NCBI RefSeq assembly: GCF_006345805.1
Contig: NC_043014.1
Location: forward strand, 16,678,001 to 16,742,000
DNA: 64,000 nt
Source: Octopus sinensis
Lineage: Eukaryota
Direction: 5' to 3'
Part shown: positions 37,101 to 49,666 of the stretch, piece by piece
Position numbering within the stretch: the stretch's first letter is position 1
Layout: each line of letters begins with the position of its first letter
Made by a program: the position numbers and the translations under genes
The notes under the pieces: generated by a model
The model's database searches: none
What the model saw: the letters and a program-made list of their open reading frames with translations, nothing else
What the model was told of the DNA's origin: nothing

Positions 37101-37150
37101 ATGGAGTATTTGTTTCTGTTCAACATCATGACCGTCCTTCCTAGCCAGAC
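34130..37150 (-). pseudogene. Decayed CR1 ORF2 (RT), interrupted by a mariner (34501-35769) and a Nin-type SINE (36250-36476)
   Basis: Fragments KAELEFEQRIAINPESKVFWK (~37000), SDVPQGSVLGPLLF (~35900) and FRIVEVWNKLPASVVSC (~34190), in the expected order. Confidence 0.75.
34501..35769 (-). mobile_element. Full-length decayed mariner transposon
   Basis: TA-flanked degenerate TIRs (cgagggggtacccaaaagaaactgg / ccagttacttttgggcatctccttg). ORF ...WWFHHNNAPIHSALSVRQFL...TYPPYSPNLALC. Confidence 0.85.
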
Positions 37151-37232
37151 GGACTGCTACAGTCTCCCAAACTGCAGTTGATAATTATTGTGAAATTCTA
37201 AAATCAATTATGAAGTAGTATTTAAAATTTAC

Positions 37233-37286
37233 CATTATTTGCATATTAGATTTTCTCTGCCGAGGGGAGTATGCAATTTGATCCAT
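37233..37286 (-). CDS. WDR24: Candidate WDR24 start exon (MDQIAYSPRQRKSNMQIM); phase does not match the next exon
   Basis: ATG-initiated 54 nt ending at |gtaaat. Length fits the missing N-terminus, but it ends in phase 0 while the exon at 33570 needs phase 1. Confidence 0.25.
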
Positions 37287-37783
37287 TTGTTTTACAGAAT
37301 AATAAGAAACATAATACTGATGGAACTTAAAGTTCAGAGAGGAAATGAAGCTTTTGGCGATGTGTAGTCCAGACTCAGCAGAATTATTGAAGACGTTCTA
37401 GCAGTGACCATCCCGTGTTTTTATATTAATAAGACAACAGTGTCCAACTTGTCCTTGTTTTTATTTTTATCATTATTTCTGCTAAAGACGGCAGAATAAT
37501 TAGGCCGACCGCGTTGAACCTTCTTTGTGGACTTTCAGAGTCAAACTGTCTGCTTTGTCAGTCGAATACAGAAATATCAGCTAGAAAATGAAACGAACTA
37601 GGATGTTATATCAATAAAACAGTTTTAGTTGACGATTTTCCTGTTTGCTTGTTGCTTGCTGGTTTTTGTTATGTTGCTAGTAAATAGTTTTCCAAAACCC
37701 TAAAGTCAATAATATCACAGTTTTAATCTCGATAAGAAGTTGGCTAATTTATAAGTTAGTGTAGCAATAGCCATTTTAGCCAT

Positions 37784-37801
37784 TTTGAAATGTGGCGCGA
37801 A
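37784..37801. promoter_or_regulatory. Possible E2F + CHR-like motif pair upstream of the WDR24 5' region
   Basis: TTTGAA-atgt-GGCGCGAA with a 4-nt spacer, in a locally CpG-containing non-repeat stretch. Short motifs, so chance occurrence is plausible. Confidence 0.2.
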
Positions 37802-37917
37802 TTGGCAATATGATGTAATGTCTTTGCCGAAGAAATATCATTTTTATGCCATGTCCGAGTTAATCACAAATCTATTTTGATTTGTTGGTTAACGTATTAG
37901 ATAGAAAGAAGAAATTA

Positions 37918-38372
37918 GCTAAGGAATTTAAAGTCGTTGGCAGATTTAGCAGACGGTATTCTGGAATTATCGTCCAAAGAAACTGTAAATGCAATTCCAT
38001 CTATTTCGAATGAAATATAGGAATTAAAAGATTGTTACCAAAAACAATTTGAATTATTAACAAAAAAAATAGAGAGTTTGCAAGTCGAAAGAAACAGTCG
38101 CTCGGCGCAGATCAAGGAGCCCTAGTTTAAAAAGAAACGCCATATGTTGGTACCATGCTAAATTTGGCGACAAAGCATTCAAATGTATTAAACCTTGTGC
38201 ATTTGATTTCTTAAACAAAAAAAGGGAAAATTCAGGAAGCTTCTCAACCGCGACGAAATATGTGGATAATATCATAAAAAGTCGCGTATTCTTCGTCTAT
38301 GACTTAAACTCAAAAGAAAGGTTTTTAGTTGATACAGGAGCAGCTTGTTCAATTTGGCCTGTAAAACTTTTT
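37918..38372 (+). mobile_element. Ty3/Gypsy (CsRn1-like) gag C-terminus and protease fragment
   Basis: LKSLADLADGILE...ICWYHAKFGDKAFKCIKPCAF (CHCC-type gag motif)...RFLVDTGAACSIWP (aspartic protease DTG). One internal TAG; truncated. Confidence 0.85.
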
Positions 38373-38777
38373 AAAAAATTAAAGAGAAACTGTAAAGCAA
38401 CACTTTTAAACCATCAGGTTCCTGAAGGAAGAGCAACCCTTCTATCATACTCTCAATTTTGGTCAACTTGTGCCGCAGGGTCTCGGAGGAGATAGTGTTA
38501 CTTGAAGGCTACCAAACCTGGCACACACAGACAACTTCAGCTTTATATAGAGATAACACACACACACATTAATACACATACATGCACACACACACTCTCA
38601 CACATATTTTTATCCTTCACTTCCTACACACACACACACACACTCACACACACACACACACACACGCACGCACACACACACACACACACACCTTCTTAGC
38701 TTACAATTTTCCTTCAACAACTGACACTGTCATTATGCATATGTTTGCGTGTCTATGTGTGTAAAGAGAAAGTGTGG

Positions 38778-40022
38778 GGTTAAACTAAAGCGTTACACCA
38801 TTCAAAGAAACAACAAAAAAATGTGTGTAATAGGTGTAAAACAACTTCCTCTGAACGAATATGAAAAAAAAATACGCGAAAGGGGGGTGGGGAGAGGCCT
38901 CGGAAAATTCACATCGGGAAGTTCCGAAAGCGTCTGAGGGGCTGACCCTGGCACCAAAACAAAAAAAAAATAGTGTAATATGTGTAAAACAACTTGCTCT
39001 AAACGAATATGACAAAAAAATGCGCACTCGCGAAAGAGGGGTGGGGGAGAGGCCTCGGAAAATTTATATCGGGAATTTCCGAAAGCGCCTGACCCGGGCA
39101 CAAAAACAAAAACAAAAATAGCGTAATAAGTGTAAAACAACTTGCTCTAAACGAATATGATGAAAAAAATGCGCGCTCGCGAAAGGGGGGTGGAGGAGAG
39201 GCTTCGGAAATTTCACATCTTCAGTCCACGGCCTTTAAACTAAGAAAAAATAGTGTAATTGGTGTAAAACTACTTGTTCTAAACGAGTATCAAGAACACA
39301 CACTCACACATGAATCATAAACTCTGTATTTTTGTACATATTTCGCAAAAAAAAATAAATAAAGAGAAGAAATTCTGGAAAAAGTGAAGAAATGTTGGGT
39401 CTCTGCCATGTGAATCAAAATACGTGTCAGAAACATCTTGAAATACTACAGAAATTATGTTACGAAAATGATAATGTATACATTATGCGCGAAAATACAA
39501 ACATCTTCCGATGTGGAAGGACTGTTCGCCTTCGAAGGCAAAGACCAACGCAATGTGGATATTCTATATCCCTATACAGCAACACATTTTTGGAGCAGAG
39601 TCAGATACCACCCTGTAAAGTCCTGTTATTTGTAAATTACTTCCTTACAGACTGTTGGTCGCATGCATTAGTCATGGAAATTTTGAACATTTCGTATCCG
39701 ACCTCAATTGATTGGCGATCCTTCTGCTCCGAGGTTTGTCAGCATTGGGTTGAAAATTACCAGGACCAAATCGGTGGACCAGGAGTTGAAGTAGAGATCG
39801 ATGAAACAGTTATTGTAAGAAGAAAATACAATCATGGAAGACTCACAAAAACTATCTGGCTTTTCGGTGGACTGAAGATGTGAAATTTCCGAAGCCTCTC
39901 CCCAACCCCTCTTTCGCGAGTGCACATTTTCTTTTTCATATTCGTTCAGAGGAAGTTGTTTTACACCTATTACACACATTTTTTTTTTTATTCTTTGAAT
40001 GGTGTAACGCTTTAGTTTAACC
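38778..40022 (+). mobile_element. Merlin (IS1595/ISXO2-like) DNA transposon, internally deleted
   Basis: TIR ggttaaactaaagcgttacacc at both ends; 8-bp TSD AAGTGTGG (38770-38777 and 40023-40030). ORF 39392-39883 with IDWRSFCSEVC...QIGGPGVEVEIDETVIVRRKYNHGR...WLFGG. Confidence 0.9.
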
Positions 40023-40675
40023 AAGTGTGGTAAATAGGAGGAGTAAAAGCCTTTCAATTGTGATAGATGGAAATCGTAAAATATTGAGTTTTTTCAAATT
40101 TTTGCTTAATTGAGGGTCAAATTTTAAAAAAATTACATGCAATGACCGAACCGAATCTATTTCGAAAAATCATAGGTAACTTCTAATTGAAGAAATTCTA
40201 TATTGTAGAATTGTATTAAAAGGAAATCTGCCTTTTATCATAAGAGATTATTATGATAAAGTTTCACCTTTCTTTGTCTCCATCTTTCAAAAGCGGTCAA
40301 CAGTCTCCAAATTCATCCACCCGGAGCAAATGTTCTTTCTGGAAGACTTGGTTAAAGATATTCCTTTTGGTTGGTTTCTATTGTGGCAGAGATTCGCTAA
40401 GAGAAACAAAAATTCATCCTTTTTCGATTCTAAACGACACAAGAATTGCTTTACACATGTGACCTTAATTGTGTTGTTTATTTCACATTTACGATATAGT
40501 TACACCCCACCCTGTTTATTTTAAAATTTAAATGAAATTAAAATAGTTTTGCGATTGTATTATATTTAATTTAAAAATTAAGACCCGAGTAACGTGCACA
40601 GAATTGATAAATAAAATTAAGGGGGATGTGAACTCCCTAATATATGTCAATCATTATATACGTTTTATACGTATA

Positions 40676-40932
40676 TTTTTTTTTGTCATATTCGTTTAGA
40701 GCAAGTTGTTTTACACATATTACACTATTTTTTTTTTGTTTTGGTGCCCGGGTCAGTCCCTCAGACGCTTTCGGAAATTCCTGATGTGAATTTTCCGAGG
40801 CCTCTCCCCCACTCCCTTTTCGCGTCCGCGCATTTTTTTTTTTTTTCATATTCGTTCAGAGGAAGTTGTTTTACACCTATTACACACATTTTTTTGTTGT
40901 TTCTTTGAATGGTGTAACGCTTTAGTTTAACC
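40676..40932 (-). mobile_element. Orphan inverted copy of the Merlin left arm
   Basis: Reverse complement closely matches 38778 to ~39020, ending in the TIR. No partner end or TSD found. Confidence 0.8.
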
Positions 40933-42166
40933 GATTTTCCGAAGGATCGTGCATCTGTCTACGTAAAAAAATATTCGGTTTTAACTTTGTTTTCTCACCT
41001 GAAATATCTCAAATAACTTTATATGAGGAAGCTGTGGTGCCTTTAATAAATAATCTATTTTTAGGTGAGACTTTTCTTTTTTTTGTGTTTATACTTGTGT
41101 TTAGTAAGACGGAAGAATTAAAAATCGTCCATGACCTTTTTTTTCTGTACCGCCAAGAGACTAACGGGAGAATAGGAGGAAGTTCACCTCTGACCTGCTT
41201 CGAATGCATGTAAAAGCAGACGGCCTCTAAAGATATCCTTGGTCCAATTGAGGGTGTTAAACCGGTTAAGATTCACACTACCACTCAAAAATTCAGGAAC
41301 TGTTCCTCAAATGGGATCTTCCACAGTTTCTGCTCACCATATTCACCAGCCACAAGCAAGGCTGTAGTTAAGGCACTTGCCTAAGAAGTTGCAAACTTCT
41401 AACCACAGCCATGCATATGAGTAATTTTCGATCTCAGTATTTTTGGTGAACACACACATATATATGTATATATGCATGCCTTATATATATATATATATAT
41501 ATATAATATAAACCCATGCCAGCATGGAAAGCGGAAGTTAAACGATGACAGATTTATATATATATATATATATATATACACGTGTGTGTGTGTGTTTTAA
41601 ATAAAATGAGACAACAAAGCCAAAGTTATGTCGAACTTTATCTGCCACCTTCGGTCTTCTGGATACCAATACCTCACATATTTTTATATATACGCGCATT
41701 CATATATGTATATATGCATATATATAAATATATGCATGTTTTTATATATGCAAGCATACATATATGTATATATGCATTTATATATATATATATATGAATA
41801 CATATAAGTATATATGGATAATATTCATATTTTCTTTGGTACTTTAGCTTGCTCCCTTGCTTTGTGTCAATTCATAAGTTTGGTGCTCTGTGTGGCTTTT
41901 CGAGTTGTTTTTTACTCTTATTTCTAGCAATTGCTGGTACTAACTTGTACCCTTGTCTATTAACTTGCCTTTAGGTTTTAATTGCTTATGGGCCACCTGC
42001 ATTATAATACATCTAATATATGGTATTCATTGTGTGTGTGTGTGTGTGTATATATATATGTGTGTGTGTGTGTGTGTTTATGTATATTTATGTATATATA
42101 TGTGTGTGTGTGTGTGTATATGCATATCTAATATATTCGTGTGTGTGTGTGTGTATATATATATGT

Positions 42167-44495
42167 AGCTCGCAAGATGCGTAAGCTCGCAAGAAATGAA
42201 GCCTGTATGCTCCAATGGATGTGTAATGTCAGTGTTCATAATCGTCAGAGTGTAAGTACCTTGAGAGAAAAGTTGAACCTAAGAAGCGTCAGTTGTGATG
42301 TGCAAGAGAGACGGCTGCGCTGGTATGGTCATGTGACGAGAATGGCTGAAGATAGTTGTGTGCAAAAGTGCTACACCCTAGCAGTTGAGGGAACCTGTGG
42401 AAGAGGTAGACCCAGGAAAACCTGGGACGAGGTGGTGAAGCACGACCTTCGAACTTTAGGTCTCACCAAGGAAATGACTAGAGACCGAGACCTATGGAAG
42501 TATGCTGTGCATGAGAAGACCCGGCAAGACTAGTCAGGCCATAACCCGTGGCCCCTACCTGGGACGTAGTCAGTCCACCTGTGCATACCTTCCTTCTTGT
42601 GACACTTGTGAAGACCTGCTGAGGCAAGTGAAAATCAAAACAAATCAAAATAGATGAACATCAATGGAATTTGTATCTTCGTGGTATCAGTGCCGGTGGC
42701 ACACAAGAAAACCATCCGAACGTGGCCGTAGCCAGTACCGCATCGACTGGCCTCCGTACTGTGGGCACGTAACAAACACCATCCGATCGCGGCCGTTCGC
42801 CAGCTTCATCTGGCACCTGTGTCGGTGGCACATAAAAACACCATCCGAGCGTGGCCGTTCGCCAGCCTCGTCTGGCACCTGTGTCGGTGGCACATAAAAA
42901 TACCATCCGAAGACCCGGCAAGACTAGACAGGCCATAACCCGTGGCCCCTACCTGGGACGTAGTCAGTCCACCTGTGCATACCTTCCTTCTTGTGACACT
43001 TGTGAAGACCTGCTGAGGCAAGTGAAAATCAAAACAAATCAAAATAGATGAACATCAATGGAATTTGTATCTTCGTGGTATCAGTGCCGGTGGCACACAA
43101 GAAAACCATCCGAACGTGGCCGTAGCCAGTACCGCATCGACTGGCCTCCGTGCTGTGGGCACGTAACAAACACCATCCGATCGTGGCCGCTCGCCAGCCT
43201 CATCTGGCACCTGTGTCGGTGGCACATAAAAATACCATCCGAAGACCCGGCAAGACTAGACAGGCCATAACCCGTGGCCCCTACCTGGGACGTAGTCAGT
43301 CCACCTGTGCATACCTTCCTTCTTGTGACACTTGTGAAGACCTGTTGAGGCAAGTGAAAATCAAATCAAAACAAATCAAAACAAATCAAAATAGATGAAC
43401 ATCAATGGAATTTGTATCTTTGTGGTACCAGTGCCGGTGGCACACAAGAAAACCATCCGAACGTGGCCGCAGCCAGTAGCGCATCGACTGGCCTCCGTAC
43501 TGTGGGCACGTAACAAACACCATCCGATCGCGGCCGTTCGCCAGCTTCATCTGGCACCTGTGTCGGTGGCACATAAAAACACCATCCGAAGACCCGGCAA
43601 GACTAGTCAGGCCATAACCCGTGGCCCCTACCTGGGACGTAGTCAGTCCACCTGTGCATACCTTCCTTCTTGTGACACTTGTGAAGACCTGTTGAGGCAA
43701 GTGAAAATCAAATCAAATCAAATCAAAACAAATCAAAATAGATGAACATCAATGGAATTTGTATCTTTGTGGTACCAGTGCCGGTGGCACACAAGAAAAC
43801 CATCCGAACGTGGCCATAGCCAGTACCGCATTGACTGGCCTCCGTGCTGTGGGCACGTAACAAACACCATCCGATCGCGGCCGTTCGCCAGCTTCATCTG
43901 GCACCTGTGTCGGTGGCACATAAAAACACCATCCGAAGACCCGGCAAGACTAGTCAGGCCATAACCCGTGGCCCCTACCTGGGACGTAGTCAGTCCACCT
44001 GTGCATACCTTCCTTCTTGTGACACTTGTGAAGACCTGTTGAGGCAAGTGAAAATCAAAACAAATCAAAATAGATGAACATCAATGGAATTTGTATCTTT
44101 GTGGTATCAGTGCCGGTGGTACACAAGAAAACCATCCGAACGTGGCCGTAGCCAGTACCGCATCGACTGGCCTCCGTGGTGTGGGCACGTAACAAACACC
44201 ATCCGATCGTGGCTGTTCGCCAGCCTCATCTGGCACCTGTGTCGGTGGCACATAAAAACACCATCCGAGCGTGGCCGTTCGCCAGCCTCGTCTGGCACCT
44301 GTGTCGGTGGCACATAAAATCACCCACTACACTCTCGGAGTGGTTGGCGTTAGGAAGGGCATCCAGCTGTAGAAACACTGCCAGATCTGACTGGCCTGGT
44401 GCAGCCTTTGGGCTCCCCAGACCCCAGTTGAACCGTCCAACCCATGCTAGCATGGAAAGCGGACGTTAAATGATGATGATGATGATGATGATGAT
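42167..44495 (+). mobile_element. 5'-truncated RTE LINE (copy B) with tandem-array 3' UTR
   Basis: ORF to 42533, nearly identical to the C-terminus of copy A; 5 units, then the terminus and (gat)n. Confidence 0.92.
42515..44319 (+). repeat. Tandem array B: 5 units (394, 332, 347, 347, ~385 bp)
   Basis: Unit starts gaagacccgg at 42515, 42909, 43241, 43588 and 43935. Confidence 0.92.
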
Positions 44496-44505
44496 GTGTG
44501 TGCGC

Positions 44506-44870
44506 AGGAGTGGCTGTGTGGTAAGTAGCTTCCTTACCAACCACATCTTTCCGGGTTCAGCCCCACTGCGTGGCACCTTGGGCAAATGTCTTCTACTATA
44601 GCCTCAAGCCGACCAAAGCCTTGTGAGCGGATTTGGTAGACGGAAACTGAAAGAAGCCTGTCTATATATATATGTGTGTGTGTGTTTGCCTCCCCACCAT
44701 CGCTTCAACCAAGGTTGTGTGTTTACATCCCAGTAACTTAGCAGTTCGGCAAAAGAGACCGATATAATAAGTATTAGGCTTACAAAGAATAAGTCCTGGG
44801 ATTGATTTGCTCTATTAAAGGTGGTGCTCCAGCATGGCTGCAGTCAAATGACTGAAACAAGTAAAAGAAT
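44506..44870 (+). mobile_element. tRNA SINE (OK/Meta-like) abutting the RTE tail
   Basis: gcaggagtggctgtgtggtaagtagc...tgactgaaacaagtaaaag. Confidence 0.8.
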
Positions 44871-44950
44871 ATATGTATATATGCATATATATACTTACAT
44901 GTGTGTGTATATATATAATGTACATATGCATATATATATATATATATTTT

Positions 44951-44991
<41 letters not shown>

Positions 44992-45002
44992 ATGTATACA
45001 TA

Positions 45003-45930
45003 TCTCTCTATATATAATCGGCAGTTTGTCTGTCTGTGTGTCTGTCAGGTTGTACCCTCACCCTGACCACGGCTTTCAACCGATTCTGATAAAACTTGAC
45101 ACACACATAGCCCAATGTCATAATTCAAAACTAACGCAGTTCCCCCAGTTCTGAAAAAAATCGACATGGGGTCAAGAATCAGAAACACAAACTACAGACT
45201 GTCTAGGGGACGCAACTCGACCTTTTTTAACTCTCAACTCCATCAATATCCAGCTACTTGAAGCTATTCCTGGTGATGTTTACGTTTATAAATCTATTGA
45301 TAGGACAGCAGACCCCGCCGAGCTTGCCGATTATCCTGTTGAATTCCTGAATTCACTTGAACCGCCAGGCCTGCCGCCACACATCCTGAAGTTAAAAGTT
45401 GGTGCGCCCATTATGCTCATCAGGAATTTGGTTCCACCTAAACAGTGCAACGGCACACGTCTGGTTGTGAAACATTTGGCACCACATTTAATAACGGCCA
45501 CAATACTTACCGGTTGTGGGAAGGGAGAGGACGTCTTCATTCCACGCATGCACCTTCAACCGTCGGGCGCTGACCGACCAATCCACTTCAGGCGTTCTCA
45601 GTTTCCTGTTAAACTCTGCTTCGCAATGTTCATCAATAAATCCCAAGGCCAAATGCTACAAGTCGCTGGGTTACAGTTGGGCGAACAGTGCTTCATCCAC
45701 GGTCAACTCTATGTGGGCTGTTCACGCGTTGGGAGGCACAATGATGTTTTTATGTTTTCGCCCAAAGGGACAGCTAGGAACATCATATACACAGAAGTAT
45801 TCGAGTGAAGAGAAGACATTGCAACCTACACATGCGCCTTCGTTCCCTAGAGGGAAAGGACTAGATTGGGATTAGTCGTTGCCTACTAGGGGCTCTTACA
45901 TACCCGGGCAACGCTGGGCTATGCTGCTAG
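45003..45930 (+). mobile_element. Helitron derivative retaining the PIF1-like helicase C-terminus
   Basis: A|TC start and hairpin cccgggcaacgctggg + CTAG|T end. Open frame 45236-45808: YPVEFLNSLEPPGLPPHILKLKVGAPIMLIRNL...CNGTRL...FPVKLCFAMFINKSQGQ...HGQLYVGCSRV. Confidence 0.9.
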
Positions 45931-48519
45931 TATGTACTATATTTTAATGTGTATAAGGAACCCTTTGTCAGAAATTAGGTTAAAATATGAGAGTTTCTTA
46001 CACATGGATAGTATTGTAATCCCTTAGAAAACCTTTTTCCAAATTTTAACACCCCAAAATTAGGGTGTTCCTTATACACTTTAAAATATGGTGCATATAT
46101 GCACGTATTGGTATGTTGATGCAAACAGGGAAAAATAGAAGTCAAAATAAGAGTATATGTATATTGTTATTGATATTTAGCAGAAATAATAGCATGACTC
46201 AAAGTCAGATAGTTTTGTGAATTGGCTCTAACACACAAAACTCTGTCTTTGAGTCACTCCATTGCTTCTGCTAAATATCAATAAAACATATATATCTATA
46301 ATATAAATTGGACATGGGCGATCGTTGTATTCTTTCTTGTCTTGAGGTTCACAGCCAAACGGCAGGGTGGATTCGCGTGAAAAATGGCACACATGTGGGG
46401 ACAGGTGCATAGATTGGAATGCAGTTTGTATTTTTTTTCTAGCTTCCATACTTTCCAAGAAAATTGATTAAAACTTTTCTAATGGAATTTCCCTCTTTCT
46501 TCTGTCATTAAAACAACCAGTTGCTTAGGAGCTGTTTTCTGACGGGGTGGGGTCAGGAAATGTTCATATAGCAGGAGGCTCCAATTGAACCAGGGGACCC
46601 AAACTGATAAGGTTGACAAACGCTGTTATAGATTATGCCTAACTGAAAACAATCACAGCCACATCATCCAAACAAACCGGGCTTAGCTGCTAGTATATAT
46701 ATATATATATTCTGTTTATTGAATTCCACCCAATAATGGATGTGCAGCTAATTGTCTTTTTTGTTGCTGTTTGTTTTGAAGTATGCAACAGGCTGTAACT
46801 TATTTTTATTTCTCTCTTTCTAAGCTTTTCTTCTTGTGTGCTTTCAGCATACGGGTTTAAAATCTTTTAAAATCTGTTTTTTTTTTCAAAAAATAGGCAG
46901 TCTTTTGAATTTTGCATACAGAAAGTTAGAAATTGTGTTGATTGTAAGTGAAAGTTAGACAATCACTAACTCACTCTAGATACTTTACACTTCATTTTGG
47001 AAACAACTGTGTATTGAAGATTAATATAACATTTTAAATGTTTTATTTATAAGCTTCATAGGAGTGGCTGTGTATTTGAGAAAATTGCTTCCTAACCATG
47101 ATCTTGAATTCAGTCCTACTGTGCCGCACCTTGTGCAAGTGTCTTCTGCTATAGCCTCAGACTGACCAAAGTTTTGTGAGTGGTTTTGGTATATGGAAAT
47201 TGAAAGAAGCCCTTTGTGTGTGTGTGTGTATATATAAACATGTATGTGTGCCTCTGTTCTCCACTACTGCTTGACAGACAGTGTTGGTGTGTTTACATCC
47301 CCATGACCTAGCAGTTCTGTAAAGGGAACCAATGAAATAAATATTGGTGTTGATTTGTTTGACTAATGTTCTTGAAGGTAGTGTCCCAGCATCACTGCAT
47401 TCTTATGACTGAAACAAGTAAAAGATAAGATAGCCTAAAGAGATTTTGTTTACATTTTGAACACAGGGTGCAGGCGTGGCTGTGTGGTAAGTAGTCTGCT
47501 TCCCAACCACACAGTTTTGGGTTTAATTCCATTGTGTTACACTTTGAGCAAGTGTCTTCTATACTACTGGCAATGGGAAATATCTTCCTTGGAAACAGGT
47601 GAGGGTTGGTGACAGTCCGGGAATCTGGCTGTAGAAAATCAGCCTCTGAACTCAATTCGACCCATGCAAACATGGAAAAGTTGATATTAAAGCAATGAAG
47701 GTCATGGATTATCATGTCATTTAAATGTGGGTTGCTTTGGTCCCTGTGAAATTAATCTAATCATTAAAACATACCCCATTTAAGATAAATATCTTTTTCA
47801 TTTGTTTCAGTCATTTGACTCCGGCCATGCTGGAGCACCACCTTTGGGTCGAACAAATCGACCCCAGGACTTATTCTTTGTAAACCTAGTATTTATATTG
47901 GTCTCTTTTTGCCGGACCGCTAAGTTACAGGGACATAAACACATTAACATTTGTTATCAAGCTATGGTGGGGAGACAAAAACAGACACACAAACATATAT
48001 ATATATATATAGGTCTCCGTGCCGATGGCACGTTAAGCACACCATTCAAGTGTGATCGTTGCCGCATCGCCTTACCAGCACTTGTGCTGGTAGCATGTGA
48101 AACATTCGAGTGAGGTCGTCGCCAGTGCCGCTGGACTGGCTCCTGTGCAGGTGGCATGTAAAAAGCACCATTTCAGCGTGGCCGTTGCCAGTAGCACCAA
48201 ACTGGCCCTCGTGCCGGTGGCACGTAAAAGCACCCACTACACTCTCGGAGTGGTTGGCATTAGGAAGGGCATCCAGCTGTAGAAACTGCCAGATCAGATT
48301 GGAGTCTGGTTTGCCAGATCTCTGTCAAACCGTCCAAACCATGCTAGCATGGAAAGCGGACGTTAAATGATGATGATATAAAGTTTAGAAAGCTTCTACC
48401 TCTACTGGTGACAAAGGGTCTCTCACTCAGAGTGAAAGGTAGATTGTACGATGCATATGTGCAAACATGCCCTAGATTAATGAGTACTCTATACTTATAC
48501 TCCCCACTCTGCTTGTCTC

Positions 48520-49127
48520 TATTATCCATTCGTTTTGCAGTGCTTCTGTGAAATTCTGTTTTCTGCTGGGGGAAAACAGCAGCCAAAACAATTGTCATGC
48601 TTCAAACAGCTTACAAGGATGCTGCCATGAGCAAAACATAAGTTTATGAGTGGTTTCCACTCTTTAGGAATGGTCACTTGTCGCTTGAAGACCAACCTTC
48701 TGAATGAATGAAAATTCATGAACTGATCTTGGAGGACCATCACCGAACAATTGACGAACTTGTTGATATGACTGGTGTGTCCTGGAGCTCCTGCCAATGA
48801 ATTTTGAGTAAGGAATTGTGAATGAAAAGAATTACTGCAAAATTTTGTGCCTCACTTGCTCATGACTGAATGCATGTCATGAACTAAAAGAACAATTGGA
48901 AGTTGAACCAGACCCCTTTTTGAAGGTTATCACTGACAACAGCTAGTGCTACGGAATTTGCAGATATGGAAAAGGTGAAGAAAGAAATGATGTTAAAAAG
49001 CATCACTTCGCCTGGACCAATGCACTGCTTCAACGGAGAATACTTTGAAAGCAGTAAAAGTGTAAACATGTAAAACTAAGTGAATGAAATAATACAAAAT
49101 TTTGGCTTCATTTAGGTACCCCCCTCG
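48520..49127 (+). mobile_element. Internally deleted mariner, same family as 34501-35769
   Basis: KFCFLLGKTAAKTIVMLQTAYKDAAMSK remnant; ends ...ggtacccccctcg|TA. Confidence 0.75.
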
Positions 49128-49666
49128 TATGTGTGTACAATGGGCCTCGAGCTAAGACACGTGCCCAAGATATCATGCAATGGGACTGAACTAACCTTAT
49201 AGCTGTAGCTGTATCTCTACTTCTTCCAATCATAAATTGTATAAGTTGAATGCCTATAGGCTTAAATATACACACCTTGAAAATGAATGAACTATATATT
49301 ACAGATTCAGATAATTATTCTAGCAACATACATTTTATAATTATTACTATATGCACTAGATTTTAATTTTGGCTCAAATTCTTGTTTCAAAGAAGAAATT
49401 GGTCAATAAGTGTAGTTATCCATGTCAAATGAAATTTTGCAACTAGTATTCCCCTTAATACAAAGCTTTTAAAATTGGATTTACTAGCTCCATTGTTACA
49501 GACTATAGAAGTCCTTGATAAAAAGGAAAAGACAAATTCATTATGAAACTTCACCACTAACATCCAATCCACGGAATGATCACGACAATGAATAAATGTT
49601 TATTCTAAAATTACATTTAGAGAAATGAAAATGAAAGTAATTTATACATTATGAAGTCTTGTAGTT

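Noticed and set aside
37198-37232. 35-nt gt...ag mini-intron after the candidate WDR24 start exon
   Set aside because: Too short for normal splicing, and it leads toward decayed CR1 sequence with stops.
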